IMG/VR virus record: IMGVR_UViG_3300045988_180472
Coordinates: 1 to 52,006 of that record
Reading direction: 5' to 3' (one strand)
From: a virus
DNA length: 52,006 nucleotides
Shown here: positions 43,552 through 52,006 of the stretch, piece after piece
How positions within the stretch are numbered: position 1 is the first letter of the stretch
How the letters are laid out: each line of letters starts with the position of its first letter
Translations under genes and position numbers: made by a program
Notes under the pieces: generated by a model
Seen by the model: the letters and a program-made list of their open reading frames with translations, nothing else
Told to the model about the DNA's origin: nothing
The model's database searches: none

Positions 43552-46194
43552 ATGGCCTATGATTTCAAATATATCCGTACAGGCACGGGCGAACTGTCTG
43601 GCCCGTCCATGATTTGGCAGACTGAGCAAGCTCTGACGCAAATTGGTACGTATGCCGATGAAGCGAATACCAAGGCTGATGAAGCTCTGGATACGGCCAA
43701 TACCGCGCTCAATAAAGCCAATGAGGCGGCTGAAGCTGCCGAGCGAGCTCAGAATACGGCTGACGCAGCTCAAGCCGCCGCTAACCATGCTCAGGAGACC
43801 GCCGACGCTGCTCAGGTTGCGGCGGACAACGCCCAAGATACCGCTGATGAAGCTCTTGAGACCGCCCAGAAGGGCGTAGCTGACGCAGCCAAAGCTCAGG
43901 CTGCTGCAGACAAAGCTCAGGCCACAGCTGATGCAGCTCAGGACGCGGCCGATGCTGCTCAGCTGACGGCGGATAACGCCCAGAATGCGGCTGATAAAGC
44001 TCAGGACGCGGCTGATGCTGCCCAGCAGACTGCCAACGATGCGCTCAATGCCACCAGCAACTCGCAAGGCTCGGCTAACGTCGCACAAGATACGGCTGAC
44101 AATGCTCTGCTTGTAGCGCAGTCCACTCAGCAGGCATTCTATGAGCACGTTCACGAGTATACTTCTCAGATTGCCAAGGCGCTGGGAGAATTCGAGGCGG
44201 ACAACACTACGGTGAATTTCGACAATTTCACCGATTCCGTCAAGCTGTACATCACCAGCCCTGATGCGTCCATTACAGGGCCTAACGGCAAGGTTAACTC
44301 ACCGTTCTACCTGTGGAACTTCACTACGGACGACCGTTCGTCTACTGCCCAGTTTGTATACGCAGCGAACGGCCTTACGTACAGCCGATATGGTACCATA
44401 GGGCAGAACGACCTCGTCCCCGGCACCGATACTTACACGCTCGAGAACAACAGCAAAAACGCCATCCTCACGTGTAATGGCGTCGCCAGTGGTATGACTA
44501 TCACCAAGAGCGGTTCGCTGACCAACACGTGGACCGCGTCCGATACTCATAATTCGTATATCACTGGTACGTGGAACATCAAAGGTATCACCAACGGAAC
44601 AATCGATCTCAACGGCGTTACAATCGCCAACTTGTCCGATACGGGATTCTATCCTACTAGACAACAACGACTACAGGAAGACAACACCAGCTTCGTAATC
44701 GAAGACATGACCTATAGCGCTGACGACGGCCTGACCATCAAGGTGACAGTCCAGTGGCTGAATATCGATAGTCAAATTAGCTGGGACAGCTGGAAGGTGG
44801 ACACGCCTGCGGTGGACACGTCTGCAGTTGACAACGTGACTATCAAGTATAATTCGTCTAACGAGCTGCAGGCGAAGGACGTGGCGATTGGGGGGAATCA
44901 GGGTGATCTTGCGAGCGCACGGGGGCTGTTCAACGCAAAAAGTACAGGGGCCGTAGACTGCAACACCCTCACGAATCAGGGCGTGTATGCCATTCATCAA
45001 TCGGGCACGACGAACGGCCCCGGCTTCCCGATAAAGATGTTGCTCTTGTGTTCCGCAAATTCTTTGTTGACCACGCAACTTGGCATTTCTTCGGGCGGCG
45101 CAATGGCTACGGCTCAACGGCTTGCCCTGAGAAACAGAAACAACGATGGCAAATGGAGCAAGTGGGCGGAGTTTTTCAATAGTCTTAGGACTGGTGACGG
45201 CCTCAAATCCATCAACGGCATCATCTCCGTGCCCGAGTATGAGGGCGCGACGGCATCGACAGCCGGGACAAGCGGCCTTGTACCGCCCGCAACCGCCGGG
45301 CAACAGGATAGCTTTCTGACCGGAGGCGGGGAATACAAGCCCGCGCTCTCGACTGGCGGCGGCGTCCTGACGGGCAGCATGCAGATCAATGATCCCGCAA
45401 ATGTGATTGGGTCGGCACCCTCTACCGATACTGAGCGCGGCCTGTTTCTTGGCGACAAAAACAGCGTGGTCATGGGCGGGTTCGATGTCATACAGCGCGC
45501 ATCGGATAACGCTAAGTACGCGCAAGTCTATTCAAAAAATAGCAGAGGAGATATAGCGTCCCTTGCTGCTGTGACTTATGAAGACGGCACGAGAGAACTT
45601 GTGGCGGATAGCCCTCTCCAAATCAACGACATACAAATAAAACAGGTCGTTGACGGCGGAAGAAGGGTAATCGTGCTCTCTGGGGCGCGTGGCAAGGAAG
45701 GGTATTCATTTCGTTTTTCCCCGGACACGGGGGAGGCATATATGGATGGCCGTGTAATACATGCGAAAGCCGATACCGCCGGATACGCAGATACCGCCGG
45801 AAGTGCTCCGGCAAATGGCGGGACGGCATGGGCCGCGAACCGCCTGTGCTTAACAGAGGGCGGTGAAATAGCATGGAGTTGGACGGGACAAGGAGGTCAA
45901 CCCAAGTGGTTGTGGGGAGGCAATGACGGCGTCAACATGCGCGTCTACAACCCCGCCAATTTCAGCGTGAACTATGCGAACAGTGCGGGCAGTGCTCCTG
46001 CGAACGGAGGGACGGCATGGGCGGCGACCGTTACGCCCAATGTTGTAAATGTCCACTATTCAACATTGCCCGCAGGAGGAACATGGCTGGTCATGAGTCT
46101 TGGTAATAACGATGGTGGTCAATTTCAAGAATTGAATTTTTCACAGGTCGCAGGGGGCACGAGAACATTCGGGCTTGCTATCAGAATAGCTTAA
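43552..46194 (+). CDS. long tail fiber protein with Ala-rich coiled-coil shaft
   Basis: 880 aa. Many DTADAAQ / ADKAQ heptad-like repeats across 43700-44100. Gly/Thr-rich distal region. Confidence 0.65.
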   Translation: MAYDFKYIRTGTGELSGPSMIWQTEQALTQIGTYADEANTKADEALDTANTALNKANEAAEAAERAQNTADAAQAAANHAQETADAAQVAADNAQDTADEALETAQKGVADAAKAQAAADKAQATADAAQDAADAAQLTADNAQNAADKAQDAADAAQQTANDALNATSNSQGSANVAQDTADNALLVAQSTQQAFYEHVHEYTSQIAKALGEFEADNTTVNFDNFTDSVKLYITSPDASITGPNGKVNSPFYLWNFTTDDRSSTAQFVYAANGLTYSRYGTIGQNDLVPGTDTYTLENNSKNAILTCNGVASGMTITKSGSLTNTWTASDTHNSYITGTWNIKGITNGTIDLNGVTIANLSDTGFYPTRQQRLQEDNTSFVIEDMTYSADDGLTIKVTVQWLNIDSQISWDSWKVDTPAVDTSAVDNVTIKYNSSNELQAKDVAIGGNQGDLASARGLFNAKSTGAVDCNTLTNQGVYAIHQSGTTNGPGFPIKMLLLCSANSLLTTQLGISSGGAMATAQRLALRNRNNDGKWSKWAEFFNSLRTGDGLKSINGIISVPEYEGATASTAGTSGLVPPATAGQQDSFLTGGGEYKPALSTGGGVLTGSMQINDPANVIGSAPSTDTERGLFLGDKNSVVMGGFDVIQRASDNAKYAQVYSKNSRGDIASLAAVTYEDGTRELVADSPLQINDIQIKQVVDGGRRVIVLSGARGKEGYSFRFSPDTGEAYMDGRVIHAKADTAGYADTAGSAPANGGTAWAANRLCLTEGGEIAWSWTGQGGQPKWLWGGNDGVNMRVYNPANFSVNYANSAGSAPANGGTAWAATVTPNVVNVHYSTLPAGGTWLVMSLGNNDGGQFQELNFSQVAGGTRTFGLAIRIA

Positions 46195-46206
46195 AAAGGA
46201 GGTATT

Positions 46207-46671
46207 ATGTCTGAATATGGAAATATATTCCACCGTGCATTTGACGATTCCTACGTCATTATAAAAAACGGCTTCCCGTATCACGTTTACCCTTATGCCG
46301 CCGAGTTCGCTGAACTTTGGGATGAGGTCTTTGCCTACGCCGAGGCGCACCCCGAATGCGTGACAGAAGAGCAACCTTACGCTGCACCCACGCCGACGCA
46401 AGAAGAACTCGCGGCGAACATACGCGCCGAACGCGATAGGCGTATTACTGCAACAGATTATCTCGTCATGCCGGACTATCCGCTTGATACGGATAAGCTT
46501 GAAGAGATCAAGGCGTACCGCCAAGCCTTGCGCGATATTCCTCAGCAACCGGGCTTCCCTTGGGGTGGACCTGACGATCCTGCGTGTCCGTGGCCTGAAA
46601 AGTTTGTTACGCAAATCGACTGGCCTGAGCTGACCGTCAACGCGAACATCAAAGCCAAGTTATCCTTCTAA
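46207..46671 (+). CDS. tail fiber assembly protein (Tfa / gp38-like chaperone)
   Basis: Conserved Caudo_TAP-like pattern RDRRITATDYLVMPDYPL...YRQALRDIPQQPGFPW. RBS AAAGGAGG. Confidence 0.75.
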   Translation: MSEYGNIFHRAFDDSYVIIKNGFPYHVYPYAAEFAELWDEVFAYAEAHPECVTEEQPYAAPTPTQEELAANIRAERDRRITATDYLVMPDYPLDTDKLEEIKAYRQALRDIPQQPGFPWGGPDDPACPWPEKFVTQIDWPELTVNANIKAKLSF

Positions 46672-46674
46672 TGA

Positions 46675-46710
46675 AAAAGCCCCGCTCTCACAAGCGGGGC
46701 TTTTCTTTTA
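46675..46710. terminator. bidirectional rho-independent terminator between the convergent late (+) and early (-) transcription units
   Basis: AAAAAGCCCCGCTCTCACAAGCGGGGCTTTTCTTTT. Confidence 0.85.
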
Positions 46711-46715
46711 CTCAT

Positions 46716-46934
46716 TTACAGCGTGGCAAGGCACTCGTTTATGGCGCTGCACACCTCGTATTCTACGCGTAATGTGCAAGCAGCAACGAACAGTACAAGC
46801 AGGCAATAACCTAAACCAAATTTAGTGCTGTTCGTCAGCATATAGTCCACCACTATTGCTATCAGTACTGCCCCAACTGCCGCAAAACCAAGCGCCGCGC
46901 TGACAAGGCTGATAATCATAAGATAGGTAATCAT
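46716..46934 (-). CDS. small membrane protein (72 aa)
   Basis: Two hydrophobic helices. RBS GAGGTAA. Confidence 0.5.
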   Translation of the reverse strand: MITYLMIISLVSAALGFAAVGAVLIAIVVDYMLTNSTKFGLGYCLLVLFVAACTLRVEYEVCSAINECLATL

Positions 46935-47371
46935 TGCATTACCTCGTCATCGTCATCGTCGTCTTCGCCTATGCCGTCATCAGTGAAATCGTACTCGCTG
47001 ACTACCGTGCGCGCTTCAAGCCCGCCCAAGTTACACGGCAGGCCATGAGGATACGTGAAGCCATCAGCAATGTCGCAATGTCCGTCGTCGCACAGATAAG
47101 GGCAATTGCAATCGCTGTAATAGCACCGAGTGGTATGGCGCAAATGGAGCTCATGCGCGAAATCCACATAGCAGATAACAGCGCCCATGTCTTCACGCGA
47201 GCGTAATGGGAAAATATGGCGCCTGCCATCATGCAGCAGCTTCAATTCATTCTCAGACGGCACCCAGCGTATGGTGCCTTCACGCTGAGGATGCTCGCCT
47301 TCCAAGAGCCACATGCCATTGTGCCGTACCAGCCTAACGCTAATGTATGTGTCGAGCTCGCTCAGTCCCAT
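46931..47371 (-). CDS. hypothetical Cys/His-rich protein with poly-Asp C-terminal tail
   Basis: CYYSDCNCPYLCDDGHCD cluster. C-terminal GEDDDDDDEVMQ. RBS GAGGACGAC. Confidence 0.5.
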   Translation of the reverse strand: MGLSELDTYISVRLVRHNGMWLLEGEHPQREGTIRWVPSENELKLLHDGRRHIFPLRSREDMGAVICYVDFAHELHLRHTTRCYYSDCNCPYLCDDGHCDIADGFTYPHGLPCNLGGLEARTVVSEYDFTDDGIGEDDDDDDEVMQ

Positions 47372-47622
47372 TAGTCGTCCTCATCATATTCAAAAGGTTC
47401 AGCAGGCTGGTCCACCAAGACTGTGAAGCGTTCCTTCATGCCATCAAACTCATACATGGCTTGGAAATAGTGGACATTCGTGTCTTCAAAGAGTCGCTTA
47501 TCAGCAGGCGACGCAATCCAGCACTTCCGCAGCTTGCCAGCTTCGTCTATCACATAGATATGGTCGTTATCGCTGGTGTACTCAACGCGCACGGGAAAGA
47601 ATTGCGTATACGGCGTTACCAT
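47371..47622 (-). CDS. small acidic hypothetical protein (83 aa)
   Basis: ORF with ATGA overlap. C-terminal EPFEYDEDD. Confidence 0.45.
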   Translation of the reverse strand: MVTPYTQFFPVRVEYTSDNDHIYVIDEAGKLRKCWIASPADKRLFEDTNVHYFQAMYEFDGMKERFTVLVDQPAEPFEYDEDD

Positions 47623-47843
47623 TCGACGCCCTCCACTTCTTGGTCAAGATCGATAATCAGCACGTCGTCTTCATCGACATAGGCCATGGCGTACAGCTTG
47701 CGCACTTCATCCAACAGCAGAACGTCCTCTTCGCTCGCGGCGCGTTCGATAAGGATGCTCTTGTCTTCGTTGTACGCCAGCACAGACTCGTTGCGCGGAA
47801 ATTCGCTCAGCTGAATCTTAACGATAAACCAATCAGTCGCCAT
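47616..47843 (-). CDS. small highly acidic hypothetical protein (75 aa)
   Basis: RBS GGAAGGAG. Asp/Glu-rich throughout. Confidence 0.5.
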   Translation of the reverse strand: MATDWFIVKIQLSEFPRNESVLAYNEDKSILIERAASEEDVLLLDEVRKLYAMAYVDEDDVLIIDLDQEVEGVEW

Positions 47844-47846
47844 TGT

Positions 47847-48884
47847 TTACACTCCTTCCGCCTTAAGCTGCTGGTCATTCGCGCGAACGTCATTCATAAG
47901 CTGAGCGAGGTAAATCAACTTCTGCAGACCATTGGCGTACTTCATAATCGAGCTGGCCCAATACTTTTGCGGGCGCGTTTTAGGCTGGCAATAGTAGATG
48001 GTGTTGTAATTCATACCATTAGGTATAATACTGCGAGCGCCCAACATCGCACCAACAACGGCGCAATTAGTATCCGTGTCATAACCCAACTTGGTGACTT
48101 CGCCCATGATTTCTTCAAGGCTGGAACCAGTACGCAGGCCAAAAGTGAAAGCGTGCTGCAAAGCATACAGAACCCAACCATGCCCAAGAACAGGCAATTC
48201 ACCACTCACAGCTTGTATAACGCTTGGCACAATGAATGCCCGCTTGCAGAAGTCAAGCGTCATTTCTTTAATACGAGCGGGCTCATAGCCTTGCAGAGCG
48301 TAGTACAAACCGGCAATAAACGCATGGTTGGCGTCAATGCAAGTACGCGAGCGATGCGTCAGCTCGGCATCCCAAGTAGCCAAGTCTTCAATGCGTGAGG
48401 CAATGCGGCCATTACGCGTGATTTGCGCGCCATAGTTGGATAAAAAGAACAGCGCAGCAACGGGTGCAACGCGCATAAGTGCGCCGTTGCCTTGCGCATG
48501 TTCATTAATATCCATATAAATGCCAGTCCGCTGGAGTGCCGCAGCAACAGTAGACCCGCAATCGACAGGCCGCGAATAATACCAATCGCGATAAGCCGCC
48601 TTCATAGTCTTCGCGAAGTCGCCGTGGTTTGTGACGTCCGTCATATCTTGACCGTTCAGCACAACCTCACGCGCGATTTCATACACCTGCCGAAGCAGCA
48701 AACTCATCATTTCAGAATCGTCAGTTAACTGGCCCACCATGAGCTTATGCGGTCCGCCTTCAATTGGTGCAGTCAAACCATTGGGAAAGTTCTTCTGCAC
48801 CGCGTCGGGCGGATAGAACTCGCAGCCTGCGCCGATAGCGTCACCTGCAATTAAGCCAAAAATCATGTTTTCAATTCGAGTCAT
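47847..48884 (-). CDS. ADP-ribosyl-glycohydrolase (DraG/ARH family)
   Basis: GLIAGDAIGAGCEF, GQLTDDSEM, GNGALMRVAP and DTDTNCAVVGAMLGA match the ARH/DraG signature regions (Mg-binding DDT and DTDT motifs). AGGAGG RBS before the ATG at 48884. Confidence 0.8.
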   Translation of the reverse strand: MTRIENMIFGLIAGDAIGAGCEFYPPDAVQKNFPNGLTAPIEGGPHKLMVGQLTDDSEMMSLLLRQVYEIAREVVLNGQDMTDVTNHGDFAKTMKAAYRDWYYSRPVDCGSTVAAALQRTGIYMDINEHAQGNGALMRVAPVAALFFLSNYGAQITRNGRIASRIEDLATWDAELTHRSRTCIDANHAFIAGLYYALQGYEPARIKEMTLDFCKRAFIVPSVIQAVSGELPVLGHGWVLYALQHAFTFGLRTGSSLEEIMGEVTKLGYDTDTNCAVVGAMLGARSIIPNGMNYNTIYYCQPKTRPQKYWASSIMKYANGLQKLIYLAQLMNDVRANDQQLKAEGV

Positions 48885-49299
48885 AACGAGCCTCCTGCTG
48901 TAACATTTTGGCAACCAGCCCATAAACATAGGTCGCTTGTTCTTTAGTGGTGATATGGACGGTTCGCTTATCTTCAGCGCAAACAATAACAGGTTCGAAT
49001 GCCTCAGATGTCAATGACGCCTTATGGCATACGATGACAGTTCCAGCCTGCACATACTTGACGAGCGAACCTTCCAACTTCACCTTGTCACCAAAAGAAG
49101 TATACGCCATCAGCGAACCTTTGTAAACGCTTGTATGGCTGATTTTCAAAATAAAATACGTGTCGAACGGCGAGCATGGTGGAAATTCGGACATTACCTC
49201 CATAAGATGGTGATGCGCAAATGAATCGCGCGAGCTGACTATGGCCCTCCCGTCATCCACCATCAACACTGAGTCGCATGCGTACACGAGGGGCAACAT
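48871..49299 (-). CDS. hypothetical protein (142 aa)
   Basis: ORF in the early operon. No motif recognised. Confidence 0.45.
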   Translation of the reverse strand: MLPLVYACDSVLMVDDGRAIVSSRDSFAHHHLMEVMSEFPPCSPFDTYFILKISHTSVYKGSLMAYTSFGDKVKLEGSLVKYVQAGTVIVCHKASLTSEAFEPVIVCAEDKRTVHITTKEQATYVYGLVAKMLQQEARYDSN

Positions 49300-50000
49300 C
49301 AGATATCGCCCTCATTGCCGTTCTTCTTGATAATAGAAGAAATGTCGCTCATGTCGTTGTCTTGATAAGTTTCAGGCAGAGCCTCGCTTCCGTAGTCATA
49401 ATCAGTAACCGCAGTGCCAAGTTGCGTAGCCTTGACATCAGGGCGCTGAGGGCACTTGTTGCACTGGCGATACGCTCCGCACAAGCTCTTGGCGAACGTA
49501 GCGGACAAGCGCCTGCAATAAATCAACTGGTCAGCATTGCGCTGTTTCCATTCGTCAGCGCTCTCGAACGTAGCCATCTTGTGCCGCTTCTCAGTCTCGG
49601 GGTTTTTGAGCACGACAAGCTCGCCAGCTTCATTCTTGAACACCGGCATATCTCGCTTGATACGTGCATTGCTGGCGATACGCTCGCGCTCTTTTTGTAC
49701 CGACTCGGAATCGACCCACGTGTTTTGTCCCCACAAGTTGGTAGGATAGACGCTCTGGCCTTTTTCCTTTTGCTGCTCAGCAACCTTGGCACTCTCCGCG
49801 CGCTCAGCTTCCTTCTTCTTTGCCTCCATAAGCGGCTTGTCAATGGCCATGGTTTGGAGCTTGTTGCGGAAGTGGTTCATGCTGCGCATGCGATAGTTCT
49901 TACGCAGCATAGATTTTTCTTTGCACTCATCCGAGCACCAGTCGTCAATGGGGTCGTCAGTGATGAACATTTCGCCACATACTTTGCAATATTTAATCAT
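49299..50000 (-). CDS. Zn-ribbon protein (N- and C-terminal CxxC pairs), hypothetical
   Basis: CKVCGEMF...CSDEC and C...CNKC. RBS GAGGAG before the ATG at 50000. Start overlaps the SNF2 gene stop. Confidence 0.5.
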   Translation of the reverse strand: MIKYCKVCGEMFITDDPIDDWCSDECKEKSMLRKNYRMRSMNHFRNKLQTMAIDKPLMEAKKKEAERAESAKVAEQQKEKGQSVYPTNLWGQNTWVDSESVQKERERIASNARIKRDMPVFKNEAGELVVLKNPETEKRHKMATFESADEWKQRNADQLIYCRRLSATFAKSLCGAYRQCNKCPQRPDVKATQLGTAVTDYDYGSEALPETYQDNDMSDISSIIKKNGNEGDI

Positions 50001-51339
50001 CAGAATTCTCCTCAATTTCTTCGTTCAACAGTCCTAAGAACAGCTGTTGCAGGTTTTCATTCGCTTGGAGCGAGGCCAAAATACGCGTATCAATGGTGCC
50101 ATCGGCGACGATATGGTCTATGACGCACGTCTTGGTTTGTCCCATTCGCTGAAGGCGTCCGTTAAGTTGTTGGTATGTTTCCAAACTCCACTCGAGGCCT
50201 AACCAGATAATATGGTGGCCGCCAAATTGCATATTCAACCCATGGCTCAACGACCTAGGGTGGACGACGAGCAATGGTACTTTCCTCTTATTCCACGCGG
50301 AAATTATCCGTGCGGATTCGCCTGCAGGAGTTCCGCCAATGATGACCTTGGCATATGGAAATTTCTCCATAATGGCTTCCAGCTCGCTGCGAAACTGGAT
50401 GCACACGATGACTGGTTCACCATCCAAAGCCTCGAGCTTTTCAGCCAAAGCGTCCAGCTTAGCGTGGTTATCCACCAGCACGTTACGCTTCTTGTCATAA
50501 ACGCCGCCCTGCAGCAGCTGACGAACTTTAATCGCCGCCGCTCCACGCCCGTTTACGGCCACCTGAGACCCGCGAATTTCTGTTACAAGGTCCTTCAGCA
50601 GCTGCTTATAGCGCAGCATTGCCTCCTTCGGCAATTTTACTAGTGAGCGCGTGTAGACGGGCTCGTTCAACTCCAAGTAGTCACGTGCATTTAATCTGAA
50701 CGTCAGCGGCGCAACTTTTGGAGCAATATCATCAACGGCGTTCGGCTTTGGTATGAACGCGAATTTGACATTGGGGTGCTTATCGCAATAGCGCTTTCTG
50801 AAGGCTGTGATATTTTCGCCTAAAGCCGCGCCCTCATCCAGCATATAATACTGCGGCCACAGGCCTTGAATATGATTCCCTATGGGAGACCCAGATAAGC
50901 AATAAATCCGCTTGAACACAGGGCGCATAGCAAATAGCAGCTGTGTACGAACAGAGCTGTGCCCCTTGAGAAACGTCGATTCGTCAAGCACCAAAGTCCC
51001 GCGCACGAATCGCTTAATCAACGCGGGCGACTGTTTGTTGAGCCACTTCAGCCCTTCATAGTTGATAATGTACACATGGTGATGCTCGCGCGCGACCAAT
51101 TGGCGCGTGTCCCCATGCAGCACCTTGAAGGTCAAGTCTGACCGCCACTTCTGAAGCTCCTCTGGCCATGTAATGGTAGCGACGCGAAGCGGGGCAACCA
51201 CAAGTGTGACCTCTTTCTCATTCAGCAGGTGGCATAGTATGGCGGTCTTGCCCAGCCCCATGTCAATGGCAAAAAAACCCTTGTCATGCTCACGGCCCCA
51301 AGCAACGGCGCGCTTTTGATATTCTCGCAGTTGAGCCAT
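49993..51339 (-). CDS. SNF2-family (SF2) helicase/ATPase
   Basis: Motif I GLGKT, motif II LVLDEST, and C-terminal helicase motifs. 448 aa. Confidence 0.75.
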   Translation of the reverse strand: MAQLREYQKRAVAWGREHDKGFFAIDMGLGKTAILCHLLNEKEVTLVVAPLRVATITWPEELQKWRSDLTFKVLHGDTRQLVAREHHHVYIINYEGLKWLNKQSPALIKRFVRGTLVLDESTFLKGHSSVRTQLLFAMRPVFKRIYCLSGSPIGNHIQGLWPQYYMLDEGAALGENITAFRKRYCDKHPNVKFAFIPKPNAVDDIAPKVAPLTFRLNARDYLELNEPVYTRSLVKLPKEAMLRYKQLLKDLVTEIRGSQVAVNGRGAAAIKVRQLLQGGVYDKKRNVLVDNHAKLDALAEKLEALDGEPVIVCIQFRSELEAIMEKFPYAKVIIGGTPAGESARIISAWNKRKVPLLVVHPRSLSHGLNMQFGGHHIIWLGLEWSLETYQQLNGRLQRMGQTKTCVIDHIVADGTIDTRILASLQANENLQQLFLGLLNEEIEENSDD

Positions 51340-51531
51340 CTACTTCACCAACGTTACGATAAAGTCAATGACGACATAGCTCGAATAAAAGCCTATGGCG
51401 GTGAACAGTATCCCTATGACTCGGTCCCACTTGCTGCATGATAGCATTATCAACGCGCTACAAATGGTATAGTAAAACGTGATACACACGAGCAGGCAAG
51501 AGAAAAAGGTTACCCATTTGCCTATGCCCAT
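51340..51531 (-). CDS. small membrane protein (63 aa)
   Basis: Hydrophobic. RBS AAGGAGG. Confidence 0.45.
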   Translation of the reverse strand: MGIGKWVTFFSCLLVCITFYYTICSALIMLSCSKWDRVIGILFTAIGFYSSYVVIDFIVTLVK

Positions 51532-51658
51532 ACGTTCCTCCTTTGTCGTAAGTCCTTGTTATTCTTAAAGATGCCTTATTTTATCGTGTTTTCCGCTTGC
51601 TGTATACGCCAAATGCGGGCCATTTATATACTCTAACTAGCTGTAATAACTGGCGATT

Positions 51659-51686
51659 CTATAAAACTCGTTTTAACGCGATTTTC
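51659..51686. repeat. copy of the dispersed element (CTATAAAACTCGTTTTAACGCGATTTTC)
   Basis: Matches AAAACTCG...TTAACGCG. Confidence 0.55.
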
Positions 51687-51725
51687 TGAAGACGTGAACA
51701 TTTATATACGAATTGAATTTCACAG

Positions 51726-51752
51726 GCCTTAAATCGAGTTTTAAGGCCTCGT
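51726..51752. repeat. copy of the dispersed palindromic element (GGCCTTAAATCGAGTTTTAAGGCCTCG)
   Basis: Most symmetric copy; reverse complement of the 18276 copy. Confidence 0.85.
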
Positions 51753-51780
51753 TATTTTCGCTCCACCCGTAAAAATATGA

Positions 51781-51812
51781 GAATCGCCACTTGAGTTCAA
51801 GCGGCGATTCTG
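51781..51812 (-). terminator. rho-independent terminator ending the long early operon (minus strand)
   Basis: Hairpin GAATCGCC-n12-GGCGATTC, followed on the minus strand by TCATATTTTT. Confidence 0.6.
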
Positions 51813-51817
51813 TTTTA

Positions 51818-51979
51818 TCACATAAATGTCAGGTAGGAGCCTACCAATGACCCGATGCCGAAGGCTATCAGAATTTTTCCAATCAATCGTCGTCCCAAGT
51901 TGCCGCCATACTCATACATCAGCAGCCCGCCAACTATCATCGTTAGGCTCAGCATCCGCAGGTAATCCATCTGAGACAT
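51818..51979 (-). CDS. small membrane protein (53 aa), begins inside the terminal 55-nt identity
   Basis: ATG at 51979 (= 27 in the first copy) with a GAGGTGAGT RBS. Hydrophobic, IVGGLLMYEYGG. Confidence 0.45.
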   Translation of the reverse strand: MSQMDYLRMLSLTMIVGGLLMYEYGGNLGRRLIGKILIAFGIGSLVGSYLTFM

Positions 51980-52006
51980 ACTCACCTCGCTTACTTTACC
52001 ATGGCC
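51952..52006. repeat. Second copy of the 55-nt terminal identity
   Basis: Identical to 1..55. Confidence 0.9.

Noticed and set aside
46931-47371. Possible HExxH metalloprotease motif in FAHELHLRH
   Set aside because: The spacing is H-E-x-H, with one residue too few for HExxH, and there is no third ligand or Met-turn context. Kept as a Cys/His-rich hypothetical protein.
48871-49299. LexA/S24-peptidase-like repressor?
   Set aside because: No Ser-Lys dyad spacing or Ala-Gly cleavage site context and no HTH. No integrase or other lysogeny genes were found, so a repressor call is unsupported.

Overview
The window reads as an essentially complete ~51.95-kb tailed dsDNA phage genome. The first 55 nt are identical to the last 55 nt (1..55 = 51952..52006), so the sequence is a circular or terminally redundant assembly opened at an arbitrary point. 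A minus-strand operon runs across the junction. The layout is strongly bipartite.

Minus strand, early: 14665 down to 40, continuing around the junction to about 46716.
- Replication genes: PrimPol fused to an SF3/D5-like helicase, DUF2800 Cas4-like nuclease, DUF2815 SSB-like protein, family A DNA polymerase with 3'-5' exonuclease, VRR-NUC nuclease, ATP-dependent DNA ligase.
- A dTTP-supply cluster: ThyX, dCMP deaminase, and two all-alpha/MazG-like NTP pyrophosphatases.
- A second early operon (51531 down to 46716): SNF2 helicase, Zn-ribbon protein, an ADP-ribosyl-glycohydrolase (DraG/ARH family), and three small acidic proteins.

Plus strand, late: 16206..46671.
- Lysis: PGRP/T7-lysozyme-like amidase, a lipoprotein, a holin-like protein.
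- Packaging and head: TerS, TerL, portal, MuF-like head morphogenesis protein, the DUF2213 / DUF2190-like / DUF2184 head triad with the major capsid protein.
- Contractile tail: sheath, tube, a chaperone pair with a -1 frameshift, tape measure, a Mu/P2-like baseplate (hub, gpV-like spike, gp25/W-like, J-like, I-like), three tail-fiber proteins and a Tfa chaperone.

The most unusual content:
1. A 946-aa protein in the head module with three ~100-aa N-terminal repeats and a C-terminal arginine-type ADP-ribosyltransferase (R / STS / ExE motifs, T4 Alt-like). Its position suggests a capsid-packaged effector. It co-occurs with the early ARH eraser gene.
2. Islands that break the strand polarity: two tandem small GNAT paralogs on the plus strand (10436..11208), and a three-gene cassette on the minus strand between the tail chaperone and the tape measure. 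That cassette includes one AT-rich moron and a gene with an in-frame TAG at codon 4.
3. A 1.5-kb divergent control region (14666..16205) carrying TGACACCTGA iterons, 10-bp-phased ATGCGCAACA repeats bracketed by a 17-bp inverted repeat, and an AT-rich tract. This is a candidate replication origin and promoter hub.
4. A dispersed palindromic repeat family (core CTTAAATCGAGTTTTAAG) at at least 10 intergenic sites, plus a conserved extended -10 box duplicated upstream of the lysis and terminase genes.

No integrase or repressor, no tRNA and no CRISPR array were recognised; a lytic lifestyle is likely.
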